From: the human T2T-CHM13v2.0 reference genome, Homo sapiens
Length of the DNA: 64,000 nt
Assembly: GCF_009914755.1 (NCBI RefSeq)
Contig: NC_060947.1
Strand: one strand, 5' to 3'
Of the stretch, positions 23,001-57,893 are shown in pieces. Both the position numbers and the translations under genes were made by a program. The notes under the pieces were generated by a model. The model had not been told where the DNA came from, did no database searches, and saw only the letters and a program-made list of their open reading frames with translations. Numbering within the stretch: the stretch's first letter is position 1; every line of letters starts with the position of its first letter.

Positions 23001-25620
23001 GTTTCTTCCTGAGTAGTTTGTGTCTTGGTAGTTGTGTCTTTCTTGGAATTTGTTTCATTTCCTGAAACAAATTTATTTCATGAAATTCATTTCATCTAAT
23101 ATATCTAATTTGTTGACCTAAAGTTGTTTGTAGTACTTCTTTATTTTTTTTTCTCCTGAAAGTTTGGTAGTAATATTTCCTTTTTTTTGTTGGTCAGTCT
23201 CACTAAGGTTTGTCAATGTTATTGATCTTTTTGAAGAACCAACTTTTAGTTTTATTGATTTTTCTCTATTGTTGTCTATTCTCTATTTCATTTATTTCTG
23301 CACTAATTGTTAACAGTGGAGGGTGTCCAGGTTCTTGGCGTCTTGAACAATGAATTGGACAAAACGCACAAACAAAGCAAGGAAGGAATGAAGGGTTTTA
23401 CTGAAATGAAAGTACACTCCACAGTGTGGGAGTGGCCCCGAGCATACGGGCTGAAAGGCCCTGTTATAGAATTTCTGGGAGTTTCAATACCCCCAGAGGA
23501 TTCCATTGGTTACTTGGGGTACACCCTATGTAAATGCAGAGTTTGAAGTAAAGTTACAAAGTCATTTACAGCATAAGCCCAATGGAGAGGATATTTCCTG
23601 TCATAGCTGAAGTGTGAACTGGCCTTATGTTCCCTGCCTCCAGACCTTATTTTCCTGCCTCATAATCTTTATCATTTCCTTCCTTCTGCTTGTTTTGGGT
23701 TTAGTTTGCTCTTCTTTTTTTCAGTTTCCTTAGAAGGTAATATCATTGACTTGAGATCTTTTTTATTTTTTAACAAAGATACAAATTTCCCTTTAAGTAC
23801 TGCTTTAGCTCCATCCCTTAAGTTTGCTATGTTATTAAACAATTGCTGCTGCCTTAAAAAAAATAGTTTTGCTATGTTGTGCTTTTGTTTTCAATAGTAT
23901 TGTCTAAATATCCTTGTGATTTCTTTAACTTATCTGTTATTTGGTAGTGTGTTGTTTAATTTCTACATATTTATGAATTCCCCATATTTCTTTCGCTTAT
24001 TGATTTAAAATTTAATTTGATTGTGGTCAGCGAACACATGCTTTGCCTGATTTAAATTCCTTTAAAACTTTTTTTCTTTTTTTGGTAAATCCTTTTAAAA
24101 TTTGTTGAGGCTTTTTTTGTGGCCTAGCATATGGTTTATCCCGGAGAATGCTCCATGTGCACTTCAGAAGACTATATATTTCACTCTTATTGGGTGGAGT
24201 GTTTTATATATGTCTCTTTGAACATATTTATAATAGTTGCTTTGAAATCTTTGTCTGCTAAGTCGACGTCTAGTCCCTTCAAAAGCAGTTTTTATTGCCT
24301 GCTTCCCCCCTCCGCTCCCCCCACCCCCCGCCCGTGTATGAGTCATACTTTTTTCTTTGCATGTCCTGTAATCTTACATTGTAGTAACCCTAGGTAGTTA
24401 TTCCCATGCCCCTCTGGGGCTTGTTGTTATTTGCTTTTTTGTTTATTTGTTGAGTGACTTGTCTGGACTAGTTTAGTGAAGTCTATTCCCCTTCAGTGTG
24501 CAGCCTCTGATGTCACTCTTCACAGAGTGCTGCCTTGGGCATGCATACAGTTTCTCCCACCACCAGGGCTGGTGTGGATTTAATTGGGCTCTCTTTGACT
24601 GTCTCTTTCCCTGATCTCTCCTTTAAGCTTCGGACCCATCTGCCTCTATTTGAAGCAGTCCCAGCTGTTAGCCTTCACTAATTGCTAGCCGATTGCTCTA
24701 TTGTTTTTAACAATAACAATGCCCTGGCCCACAGAGTGCTCTACAGTCTGATCCGATTAAAGTTGGACCCCTTTGCAGGGGCAGGGCTTTAACCATGTTT
24801 GAGGCTTACTCCAACCTCCACAAAGGCTCTTTTCTCATCTGTGTCTTTCCCCGATTCAGTCTGTTAAATTTCTTCTAGCTGGGGTACTGTTACTACTAGT
24901 ATCTCGGCACTACCATCCTCCTCGTAAATGCTTATTCCCAACATCTCCATTGTTTTCAACAGTGCCTTTAGGCATGAACTTCCTTACACTCTGTGCCAAA
25001 TAAGGCCAGTCCCTTAGGAAGAGTGGCAGTGCTCTGTTCTTGACCTGCCTCACCCCCTGGGCCAAACCACTGTGCCATCGCACTGCAGCTGGGAGCAGGG
25101 ACAGTGACCCACTTCTCCTCCAGTGACAGCCCCATTCCACAAGTGGGGTAGTAGGCAGGGATGATAGCTCCTGGTCTTCTTGGCTTGCCCTTCTTGGCAT
25201 AGCACCTCCTCCTTATGATTGAGCAAGCATGGGGGCAGTTGGGGTCTAGCACCTGCAGGCTGCCATGCCTAGGATAGGGCTTCTGCCCAATGAGCGGGAG
25301 AAGTGACCCCAGTCCTCTCTGCTGTGCTTGCCTGGAATCCAGCTTCTGTAACGCAGAGCTGAGGGGAATGAGGGATGCCCATCAGCTTGCTCCTTCTGGG
25401 GCAAAACCATAGCCCTCTACTGGGAGCTGGGGGAAGAAGGAGCCCCGTCTTGGATGCATCCACTTGAAGTAGAGCATCCTTCATGCTGATCAGTGAAGGG
25501 GGTTAGAGTAGATCATGGCTCAAATGCCACAGACTCTCTCTGTTGGTATCAAAATTTAGTAAGTTTTCTTAAATGTTTCTCCATATGCTGTATGCCATTA
25601 GGACAATTTCCAGTGGCTTT
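20030..25620 (-). mobile_element. Long fragmented L1M (L1MB-like 3' end through ORF2 and 5' region), interrupted by an Alu (~21325-21595) and an LTR
   Basis: 3' end CAGCTTTATTGAGATATAATTCACATACCAT; minus-strand ORFs 21071-21280 ([15 protein letters not shown]) and 22507-22740 ([10 protein letters not shown]) are L1 ORF2 relics. Confidence 0.8.
23308..23662 (-). mobile_element. Solo ERV1 LTR, MER61A-like
   Basis: Reverse complement starts TGAGGCAGGAAAATAAGGTCTGGAGGCAGGGAACATAAGGCC and ends CCTCCACTGTTAACA; 4-bp TSD TAAT on both sides. Confidence 0.75.
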
Positions 25621-25630
25621 AACTATTTTA

Positions 25631-30060
<4,430 letters not shown>

Positions 30061-31025
30061 AAATGACATGGTCAAAAGCTGGAAGGGAGGATGTATAACT
30101 AAGGGAAAATATGAAAGAATAGTGAATCTATAGTATTAATGTTTTAGAAGAGAAGCATTTAGATATACCTTTCAGAGCTATTAACTCTCCCTCGAAGCAC
30201 ACTTTTGGAGTCTGGATTACTTAGAGCTGCAGACATGCGCAAGGTCCTTCTTGAAGGATTTATTTTAGATTGAGGAGATTTAAAAGGCTGACACACAAAT
30301 AGATTTTTGTTGACCAGGTCATATAAAAGCTGTAATTCAGTAAAACGTTCCCATTTTTTTTGTTTGAAATTTTTCAGGAAAGAATGTTGTAAAGAATTAA
30401 TTAGTCTTTCATGCAGTGATCACCCCAAGGATCCTGCATTTCAGAGGATAATGTGTTGTTGAGATGAAAGAGATGGTTTCTACTGAGGAATTTGTTTCAC
30501 CAACAAATGGGCTTTTATGCAATTTTTTTGTGAGTTCTGCAATTAATCTTACGTTACCACTACGATCTGGGTAAACCTAGTCAAGTAAATGATTTCTAGA
30601 CAGAAAAAAGAAATGCAGAACTCAGGGAATGGATTCTGAAGGACAAGCTCAGTTCTTAAAAACTGTTACCCCTTATGACTTAGAATCAAAGAAAAATGAG
30701 TGTCAGATATATCTTCCTCATTCCTTTGATGATGACTAAGTCCTGAATATGTTAAGTGATTTGCCCAAGGTGACTTAGGTAATTACTTGAAGTGCTAACT
30801 CCTTGGCCAGTGCTTATTCTAGTTCAACAGAGTCCCATCATATGTGCATTGAATTTATGTAAATTTCAATTATTGTATATGGCAAAAAAGGAGAAAAATA
30901 CTGGAAAATTTTATTTTCATATACTTTATCACATATATAAAATAATATATCCATATTTATATAATATATATAAAACATTCACATATCCATATTATTGTAT
31001 AGAGTTGTATGCATACATTCATGTA

Positions 31026-31477
31026 CAGTCAACCCTCCGTATGCACGGGTTCTGCATTGTGGACTCAACCAATAACAGATTGAAAATATTTGGAAAAAAA
31101 GAAAACAATATAACAATACAATCTAATATAAATTTTAAAATATGGCATAACAACTATTTACATAGCACTTACATTGTATTAGGTATTATAAGTAATCTGG
31201 AGATGATTTATAGTACAGATACTCTTTGATTTATGATGAGTTTATCTGGACTTAATTCTATCATGTCAAGGAGCTCATTGAATGCTTGTTGCTTTTGCAC
31301 CATTGTGAAGTTGAAAATCGTTAAGTCAGGGACCATTTGTAGACAGGAGGATGGGTGTGGATTATATGCAAATACTACGCCATTTTATACGAGGGACTTG
31401 AGCATCCACAGATTTTAGTATCCTGGATGTAGGAGGTGGTCCTGGAACCAATCCACCTTGGATACTGAGGGGCAACT
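31026..31477 (+). mobile_element. MER2-family Tigger element with a nested Tigger4/MER46-like MITE (31216-31339)
   Basis: CAGTCAACCCTCCGTATGC...CCTGGAACCAATCC...GATACTGAGGGGCAACT; the insert CAGAT...CATTTG is flanked by TA on both sides. Confidence 0.65.
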
Positions 31478-32324
31478 ATATATGTTAAGGGTAACTTAAG
31501 AGGTTTCCCAGGGGTAATTTTGGCTATAAATGATTTGCATCCCATGTAGAAATTGGAAGCTTAATCCCCTCCTAACAAAGCCCAACTCCTTGATTTCCAT
31601 CTTTCCTCCATCATTATATTACAGGTCGAATTATGTCCCTAAACATGACATCATGGTGTAAGAGCCAGATTTGACTCAGTTGAAAATGCAAGTGTTATTT
31701 TTGTCATAAACACCAGCAAAGTAAAGGGGTTCCATTATATTTATTCATAGAGTAGGGCGGTGCTGATGTTGGAATTCAGTGGGGAGAAAGGAGCCCCCTT
31801 GGCTGACTCTTCTTTGGGTGGTTTTAACTGTCACTTCAATCATCAAAAACTCTGCAGGTATCTGATGTGGGCCTGGTACAGGGTTTCTCTTTTCTCTAGT
31901 TCTGACCAGGTACTTATTCCAGGGTAGCTCTCCTGCCAGTTCTGCTCTTTTCACCTCACTGTCTTTTTCCTCACTTATTTTCTAGCTCCTCTTCCATACC
32001 AAACTTATAAACGGGTGTACAATCATGTTTAGCAATTCCTGGTCCTCTTCTCCAGACCTGATTTGGAGCCACTAGAATAACTGCATAACTTCACATGCCT
32101 GCTTTTTCATGCACTCAAAAGAAACATGTGGAAAATATAGACTGTTAGAATCAGTCTGTTAGAATCTGAGATACTTTACAGGTCAACTGGTCCAAATGCC
32201 TGATTCTAAAGATCTCAAAAGTGAGACCCAGGGAGGATTTTCAAGGTTATGTAGCTTTAATGGCAGAGAGAGTTTTTCTCACCGCTTTAAGCTGTTATAG
32301 AAGTTTCAATAAAGAAACATTACA

Positions 32325-32993
<669 letters not shown>

Positions 32994-33581
32994 CAGAAAA
33001 ATGATTTTAAAAATTTGGATCTTTAGTCCTGGACATCATGTAACCTGCATTTGCCTCTCCTGCGCCCCAAAGGAAATGTTATAATAATACAACACTTGTG
33101 GATTTAGAACACATTATGGAAACCAGTCATTTACTAAATGTATTGCGGAAACTGAGAATGTACTTACCATCGAGGGGGGAAAAGTGAAGGAGATGCTTTA
33201 GGAGACACCCTCAGATAAACAGGTTTCCACATTTGTGTTGGGAAACAGCAAGGGCTTCCTCAGGCTATGTGCTCAACAGGACAAAAACCTGGCCCAGAGC
33301 CACAGCAGGAGACCTACTTTATGTCTTTGAACATATTAAGACACACCTAATGTGTGGGCATTGTGGGGAGCTAATTTCTTCCCTGAATGTGACAATGAAG
33401 TTCTTTTAAGAGAAAAGAACCTTGTAGATTCAACAATTGTCAAACAATTGTGATGGAATTTTTAAAGCCAAAAAAACAAAAAAAAAATGGCAAGGCCTGA
33501 TTCTTGGTTATTGTTATTGCTGTATTGGTTATTCATGGAGGAGATGAATATGAAACAATATTCTTTTTTCTTTTTCTTTTT

Positions 33582-34402
<821 letters not shown>

Positions 34403-34515
34403 TGAGAAGTGGTCTTTGGGATACCTTGGGTTAATATTTCTGACAAATAAGTTGGAATCTAGAAAGATATACTCTCACTTGTAAGTTACAGCGAAATCTG
34501 GTTTGTTGTTCCAAG

Positions 34516-34701
34516 ATTATTGATATTCTGTGGAGTGATCCCAGAGGCAAAAATGGCTGTTTTCCAAATACGTGCCGAGGAGGGGGCTGCTATTTTGGAC
34601 CAGATGTTACTTCCAAGATTCTTAATAAATACCAGTTGAAGATGCTCATCAGGTCTCATGAATGTAAGCCCGAAGGGTATGAAATCTGTCATGATGGGAA
34701 G
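34516..34701 (+). CDS. PPEF1: PPEF1 coding exon E
   Basis: IIDILWSDPRGKNGCFPNTCRGGGCYFGPDVTSKILNKYQLKMLIRSHECKPEGYEICHDGK with the WSDP, RG..FG and RSHE motifs; AAG acceptor, AAG|GTAAGC donor; 186 nt, phase 0-0. Confidence 0.96.
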
Positions 34702-34907
34702 GTAAGCTAAAATTGTTGGTGACATTCCCATAAACATCCTTCCCCTAAGCACAGTCTTTTCTTCACAGAGCATGTCTGGCCTAGAAGCCCATGAGAAGAT
34801 GTCTTCTCTAGTACCAAACAGAAACCAGAGAAGGCGAGCTTCATCTAGGTTGTTTGAAGGGGCCTCACTGTCCCTTATCCTAAAAGATATTTGGTTTATT
34901 TCCCTGA

Positions 34908-35246
<339 letters not shown>

Positions 35247-35551
35247 TGATACATGGCACTAAGTAGACACACAGAAAGGCTTGGTTCTTATAAGGCAACT
35301 GTCCCATACAGTGGGGTTGAGAATGTCCTTTTCCTCACAGAGCGCATAAAAGGCAGCAGTGAATCCAGTTTGCTCTTGCACTTTTTACATGTTCCCTGTG
35401 CAGGGCCCAAAACACAAAACACACTTCCCTTCAGCTCCCTGAGTAGGTGACCTCCAGCAAGTTGCTCACTGTAGTCAGTTTAGCTGCAGCCACTAAAACG
35501 GAGTGTGTTGTGTTCCTTCAGTGGTGTCTGATCAAAGGCTAAAAGAGGTGA

Positions 35552-35926
<375 letters not shown>

Positions 35927-36132
35927 TAGTGAACAGCAATAAATAAAAATGGACACCAAGTTGTGTGGCATTTCCCTCTGTGTCAGCACTTTGTTTTTCT
36001 GACCTTTATTAATTCATTTTCAGCTCATACTAACATTCCAAGATGAGTAAGGCAAGTATTGTTTAGGGTTTCTTTGTAGTAAGAAAATAGATAGAAAACA
36101 TCAGTGGCTTGTCTGAAGTGACATGCTCATCA

Positions 36133-36246
<114 letters not shown>

Positions 36247-36280
36247 TCACGAGGTCAAGAGATCGAGACCATCCTGGTCA

Positions 36281-36463
<183 letters not shown>

Positions 36464-37026
36464 TTAAAAAAAAAAAAAAAAAAATTGTCCTCCCATATTC
36501 TACCACAGCCCAAGGCTAGTTCCTTCACAAGACAGTGGTCGTGGTCCCTTATTCTAGCCACTGCACCTCTGCCCTTAAAGCACTGACTTTCTGGGGCCCT
36601 GAACCCTCTAAATCACTCAGCTCCAAGCAGAAGAAAAAAACCGAAGTACCAGACAAATTTTGTTCTGAATGCTCAACTATTACAAGGCAAGAAAATAGGG
36701 GATTTATCCCCTTGGAAAAAGAATTTGCAAAATCAAACATTAAAGAGGATTCTGAGATTTGGCACTAAAATTGTACCCGAGAATGCAGGGCCATGCGCTG
36801 AGGACATTGGCTGAGTGGCCAGGAGTTAGTGCTGCTGGGGACACTGGGTAGTAGCCTTGTTTTCCTCCGATGCAGTCATAGAAATCACATCAGACTGTGA
36901 TGATTTGCAGGGTTTATGAACCTTCTTTGATTTTTGCTTTTTAAGAATTGAGCTATTTCTGACCTTATTGAATGACCTTTTGAGAACTAATGTTACGTGA
37001 ACCTGACCCTCTTTTTCTTTAACCAG

Positions 37027-37169
37027 GTGGTGACTATATTTTCTGCTTCTAATTATTATGAAGAAGGCAGCAATCGAGGAGCTTACATCAAACTATGTTC
37101 TGGTACAACTCCTCGATTTTTCCAGTACCAAGTAACTAAAGCAACGTGCTTTCAGCCTCTTCGCCAAAG
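37027..37169 (+). CDS. PPEF1: PPEF1 coding exon F (end of catalytic domain)
   Basis: VVTIFSASNYYEEGSNRGAYIKLCSGTTPRFFQYQVTKATCFQPLRQ(R); SASNY is the PPEF variant of the PPP SAPNY motif; CAG acceptor, AG|GTGTGT donor; 143 nt, phase 0-2. Confidence 0.96.
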
Positions 37170-37820
37170 GTGTGTATACTATACCGAGAGTGCTGAGCAC
37201 TGGTATCACGGACCCATTAGAACCAGTCCCACGTGACTAAGAGCAGCCACGTGAGTGAAGAGAGTCATTTATAGCTTACTCATTAGTATCAACAAAATGT
37301 AAATAGTTCCAGACACCAAGTGGTGAATGCACCCATATTTGAAACCAAAAAGAGCAATTTTAAATTCATACATCTTTTTAGATGGATAAAGCAGTCAGCC
37401 CTCAGAAACGTAACTGAATGTAAAGAAAAGAAGATCCCCACACCCACTCAGTCCCCCAACCTACAACCTTCTCTGACCCACAAACAGCTCTATCTGGTCT
37501 TGCCCCTTTCTCTTCTCTATCCAGAAGTGTATGTGACAAATAGTTGAGTGTCTCTCTCCATGTGATGGCATTTGTAGCTTATACTCCTTTTCTCCCTTTA
37601 ACATTATCTTTCTAAGTGTTTTTTTTGGTTTTTTTTTTGTTTGTTTTTTTTCATTTGTTTTTTGTTTTTTTGAGACGGAGTCTCGCTCTGCAGCCCAGGC
37701 TGGAGTGCAGTGGCGTGATCTCAGCTCCCTGCAACCTCTGCCTCCCAGGTTCAAGCTGTTCTCCTGCCTCAGCCTCCTGAGTAGCTGAGATTACAAGGGC
37801 CCGCCACAACACCTGGCTAA

Positions 37821-38159
<339 letters not shown>

Positions 38160-38302
38160 TAAAAAAAACCTTTGAGTACCTGCCATGTGTCAGATACTAT
38201 TCTAGGCATACATAATATAAGATAGGCTGAAGTCCCCTCATCAAACACATATCTCAGTGTGAAGAGAAAGACGATAAACAATGTACATACTTTTTTTTTT
38301 AA

Positions 38303-38866
<564 letters not shown>

Positions 38867-39149
38867 TAGTGAGCCACCACGCCCGGCCGTACGTATATTT
38901 TTTAAAGAAAGAATCACACTGCATACTGTATTCTGCAACTGAATTTTTCCCCTAAAAATTTTATCATGAACATCACCGCAAGTTAGTAAAGATAGACCTA
39001 ACTCATTCTTTTTAGTACATACATATTATTCTGTAGTATACATGTACCATAACAGTTATGGAGCAACTAAATCTTATCCAATTGATAGACATCCAGATTG
39101 GTTCCAGGATTCTGCATTTAAAAACAATGCTATAACTAGCATTCCTATA

Positions 39150-40692
<1,543 letters not shown>

Positions 40693-40697
40693 AAATC

Positions 40698-40700
<3 letters not shown>

Positions 40701-40734
<34 letters not shown>
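40701..40734 (+). repeat. (TG)17 microsatellite
   Basis: Perfect tandem repeat. Confidence 0.95.
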
Positions 40735-40735
<1 letters not shown>

Positions 40736-40989
40736 ACATATATCCATAAGTTTTAGTGGCTTTTTTAATGTAAGATTTTACAATGTGGAATTTATGGAAT
40801 TTATATGTTTAAAATTTTAATAGCTACTTCAGAAGGGTTATAACATTGGACAATCTGAAAAACAACATACCATATTTATTTATAATTTCATTATAATTTT
40901 TGGATCTGTACCTTTGTTTAGAAAATTTCTCTTTCTCTGTCTCTGCCTCTCTCTGCGCACACACACACACACACACACAAATTCTCAAA

Positions 40990-47680
<6,691 letters not shown>

Positions 47681-47687
47681 ATTTTGC

Positions 47688-47689
<2 letters not shown>

Positions 47690-47726
<37 letters not shown>
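47690..47726 (+). repeat. (TG)18 microsatellite
   Basis: Perfect tandem repeat. Confidence 0.95.
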
Positions 47727-47728
<2 letters not shown>

Positions 47729-47957
47729 ATGCACAAAAAATACAAAGAGGAACAAAACAGTAATTATATGTATGTGTGTGACTGTTTTGTTCCTCTGTTC
47801 CTCCTTTATTTGAAAATTTATTTTTGTAAATGGTCTGAGGTAGAGGTTGAAGTCTAGGTTGTTAGCTAACTATCCTAGCACTCTTTTTAAAAATTGTCCT
47901 CTTCTACTGAATTGCAATACCTCTGTATTATATATATTATTCCCATACATAGTTTGA

Positions 47958-48401
<444 letters not shown>

Positions 48402-48659
48402 TGATTGTTCATGTGAGTTTTGACATTCAAAAGAAAATACTATTTGTAATCCTTTTAAAACTTCATGAAATGCATGTGTGCATGCACACACACATACACA
48501 TACATATACATATGCATATATTTACCATCTAGTAGCGATATGTGAGAATCTGGGCAATTCATTTAAAGTAAAAATTCATAAATAGTAATATTGCACATTA
48601 AAATGAAACACAACAGGATGATTTATGTTACTTTTACCTAATTATTGTTTTCTTTGCAG

Positions 48660-48766
48660 AGTGGATACTATGGAAAACAGCGCCATCAAGATATTAAGAG
48701 AGAGAGTGATTTCACGAAAAAGTGACCTTACTCGTGCTTTCCAACTTCAAGACCACAGAAAATCAG
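48660..48766 (+). CDS. PPEF1: PPEF1 coding exon G (start of EF-hand region)
   Basis: TTTTCTTTGCAG acceptor; (R)VDTMENSAIKILRERVISRKSDLTRAFQLQDHRKS(G); donor CAG|GTAACA; 107 nt, phase 2-1. Confidence 0.95.
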
Positions 48767-49699
48767 GTAACAAATTTGCATAACATTTACCATTTCTTAA
48801 CACACCAAGTTACATACAGATCACTTTTCATTTTCCTTGCTTCCTTAGGATTTCAGTTCTCCATTTTTACTAAGAAGGAAGAATAGAGATAAAAATAAAA
48901 TATAATCCATTATTTGCTCAAAAAAGGCATATTTCTCCCTTTTAGCAAGCTATTTTCAACTTGGAAAACTAACAACAACCCTGAATTAAACTTTTTTTTT
49001 TTTTTTTTTGAGACAGAGTCTTGTTCTGTTGCCCAGGCTGGAGTGCAGTGGCGTGACCTCAGCTCACTATGACCTCCACCTCCTGGGTTTAAGCAATTCT
49101 CCTGCCTCAGCCTCCTAAGTAGCTAGGATTATAGGCATACACCACCACGCCCAGCTAATTTTTGTATTTTTAGTAGAGATGGGATTTCACCATGTTGTTC
49201 AGGCTGGTCTTAAACTCCTGACCTCATGATCCGTCCGCCTTGGCCTTCCAAAGTGCTGGGATTACAGGCGTGAGCCACCCGGCCCTAAACCTCTATTCTG
49301 ATAGTATGCTAGACTAGATGTTCTGGAGGGCCTTCTTATTAACAAACAGCTAGATTTTGGAGGATGTAGAATGTTAATGCATTTACCAGCCTCACAGTAA
49401 CGTGAATCTTCCAGCTGCATCTTCACTTTCCGTGAAAGATGATTTGAAACCACATGTGAGAGCATGGAGCAACAAGAAAGCACAAAAGACTAGATTTTCC
49501 TGGGGCCCAATGCTGATATTGGTATAGCAATCAATTCTGAGACTAAATTATAATATAGTAGGAAGATGGAAAAGCTGAATTTGAGACTTCCATCATCATG
49601 CTTGGACCCTCAAAGTGGCTAAAGTTGTCCTAAGTCTGTAATGCTCCCTGACTCCTGGCAAGCAAATGCAAATTTATCTTTGAGGGAAGCATCCCTAAT

Positions 49700-54156
<4,457 letters not shown>

Positions 54157-54539
54157 TCACTTGAACCCAGGAGGCGGAGGTTGCAGTGAGCTCAGATGGC
54201 ACCACTGCACTCCAGCCTGGGTGAAAAGAGCCAGACTCCTTCTCAAAAAAAAAAATAAATAAATAAATAAGTAAGCATACCTTACTTTGTTAATCAAAAA
54301 AAAGGAAAAAAAAAATCTAACACGTGAAGTCTGATTTCTTACAGGTGACAGGAAGGACACGATCTGTGGAACACTGAAGATATCCTTGAGTTAGTTCTCC
54401 TTCAGGGCTGCAGGGCCTGGGAGGATAAATTATGAGGGAGAGCAGCTGGCCCCATGCTGCCCTGGCTCTCCCAAGGAGGTTGCATTCTTTAAAATCATAT
54501 TTTAACAAATCATTTGGGCTTTGTTATTGTTGTTGTTAG

Positions 54540-54703
54540 GAAAACTTTCTGTGAGCCAGTGGGCTTTTTGCATGGAGAACATTTTGGGGCTGAACTTACC
54601 ATGGAGATCCCTCAGTTCGAATCTGGTAAACATAGACCAAAATGGAAACGTTGAATACATGTCCAGCTTCCAGAATATCCGCATTGAAAAACCTGTACAA
54701 GAG
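54540..54703 (+). CDS. PPEF1: PPEF1 coding exon H (ends at a GC donor)
   Basis: TAG acceptor; (G)KLSVSQWAFCMENILGLNLPWRSLSSNLVNIDQNGNVEYMSSFQNIRIEKPVQE; donor GAG|GCAAGT; 164 nt, phase 1-0. Confidence 0.93.
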
Positions 54704-54795
54704 GCAAGTGAAACATAGCCCCAGCTAAAACCTAGCCAGGGTGAAACATAACTTAGTCCTTTGAAAAGCTGGGAGTGGCCGGGCACAGTGGCTCA

Positions 54796-55620
<825 letters not shown>

Positions 55621-56367
55621 TAATGTATTGCTTGTTAAGCCTGAGTGTACAGACTTGCTGACATGACCCAGAATATGTCTGAAAGAGTTTTGAAATGTAG
55701 AAATCTTTTCTTAGAATGTGAATATCAGGGAGATTTATCAGATCCCCATACTTATTAGTTAACAATTCATCAGCAGTTAAATATGACATTGAGCTGAAAA
55801 GGAGCTGGTTGGAGCTAGGACTTGGGTGATCATTTGCAGTGAAGATGAGACGTTAAGAGCAGAGAGAAGGGAAGTAAAGGTAGGTTAGAGACTAAAGTAT
55901 CCCCAGGAAGGAGGCTTTTGACGTCACTTCAGAGGCAGTTTACCATGGTGACTAAGATCACAGGCCTTGGCTTCAGGCAGCCGAGATTTAAATCCCACTC
56001 ACCAGCTCTGTGACCCTTGGGAAAGTTCCTTTATCTCCCTGTTTTCAAATTTGTAAAATGGACATAATAATAGTTCTGTTCTTGTTCATTCTTGTTGTAG
56101 AGGACCGAATGAAATAATCCACATAAAGTTCTCTGTAAATGGTGGCTGTGTTAGTTACTGCTGCCTTATTCATTTTGGCCCTGTCCCCTGAGGATCACAG
56201 ACTGAATGAAGAGGGTGGGGCCTCCAAGGGAAGTCTGGCCTTCTCAGATTTCTGTCTAAATCACATCATTTCAATTGTTGATGATGTTTTCTGTTTGTTA
56301 CATTTGCTAAAAGCGATCAGTGTCATGAATTCAATATGTTCTAACACTTAGAAAATCTTTATTTTAG

Positions 56368-56452
56368 GCTCATTCTACTCTAGTTGAAACTCTGTACAGA
56401 TACAGATCTGACCTGGAAATCATATTTAATGCCATTGACACTGATCACTCAG
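56368..56452 (+). CDS. PPEF1: PPEF1 coding exon I
   Basis: TTTATTTTAG acceptor; AHSTLVETLYRYRSDLEIIFNAIDTDHS(G), start of a canonical EF-hand loop; donor CAG|GTAAAT; 85 nt, phase 0-1. Confidence 0.95.
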
Positions 56453-56482
56453 GTAAATAAATGAACTTGGATGAGTCCATTT

Positions 56483-56688
56483 AAAAAGTGTATGTGTGTG
56501 TGTATGTTGGGGATACAAAATGAGTACACTTTGATTGAGCCCTATAATTAATATGGTTTGACACCTTCATTGGTAAGATGGAGGCCTTGCTTATGCATAC
56601 TGTTAAATGAAAATTGTAGGAGCCCATTGTTTTGGACTAAGCTCCTTCACCAGGCCCCAACAGACTAGACTAAAAGTCAAAATGGGGT
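56483..56688 (+). repeat. Direct repeat copy 1 (intronic) of the segment at 58651-58859
   Basis: Base-by-base comparison shows ~205 bp near-identity at an offset of ~2171 bp. Confidence 0.95.
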
Positions 56689-56955
56689 AGCAGTAGTAGA
56701 AAGCAAAGGCTAATCTGGTTCTCTGAAATCAGAACTCTGATTTTATCTATTTTGTTCTTCATCTAACATGATGAAACTTGAGGGGAAAAAGAAACTCATT
56801 TAATATTATTGTTATTTCAGTTTGGCTGCAGACTCTGTATTCAAGACCATAGAGTCCTACAGAAGCCTAGGTAGCCATCAGTCAAACTGAAATAACTTTT
56901 TATAAATCACCAGCACAAATGAAAAGATGATTTACTATCCATTTCAGTATCTTAG

Positions 56956-57223
<268 letters not shown>

Positions 57224-57893
57224 TAGTAGAGATGGGGTTCTCCATGTTGGTCAGGCTGGTCTCGAACTCCCGACCTCAGATGACCTGCCCACCTCAGCCT
57301 CCCAAAGTGCTGGGATTACAGGCGTGAGCCACTGCGCCCGGCCTTCTGCCTTTAGCTTTGATGCACAATTACTTATTTTCAAATTTTTAAAAACTCATCA
57401 GATAATCCCCTAATGCAGAGACCTTTGAACACCGAAAAAAAAAAAAAATCAATGATCAACACATTAAAGTAAATGATTGCCTGTGAAAAAGGCAGCACCA
57501 TTGTTTGTAATCCTCTTATTGACTCCCACCGTATCTTCTCCCTCTGCTTTGATGTCATCCTCCTCTCTGCCCTCCTTCCATGCACCTCACCTTTCTATTT
57601 TAGGTCTTGTAATTTCTATACCACATTTAGTCCCATAGTCCACAACCCCGTCCCCATTTCTTCACTGTTTGCTCATTCTGGCTTTAGAATAAGTTCAGGA
57701 TCCCTTGGTAGTTGAAAGTGAGATATTGTTTCTTACATTTATGATCTTACTCTTCCATATCCTTCAGTATCTTCATGATTAGGCAGTTTAGTGAGTTTCT
57801 AACTGGGGCTATTTAATCAGTGTGGGTTCCCCAACCCTTGCCTTAGGTGGGTCTTAAAATGAACACTCACAACCTTCTCCTATATTCTTTTAG

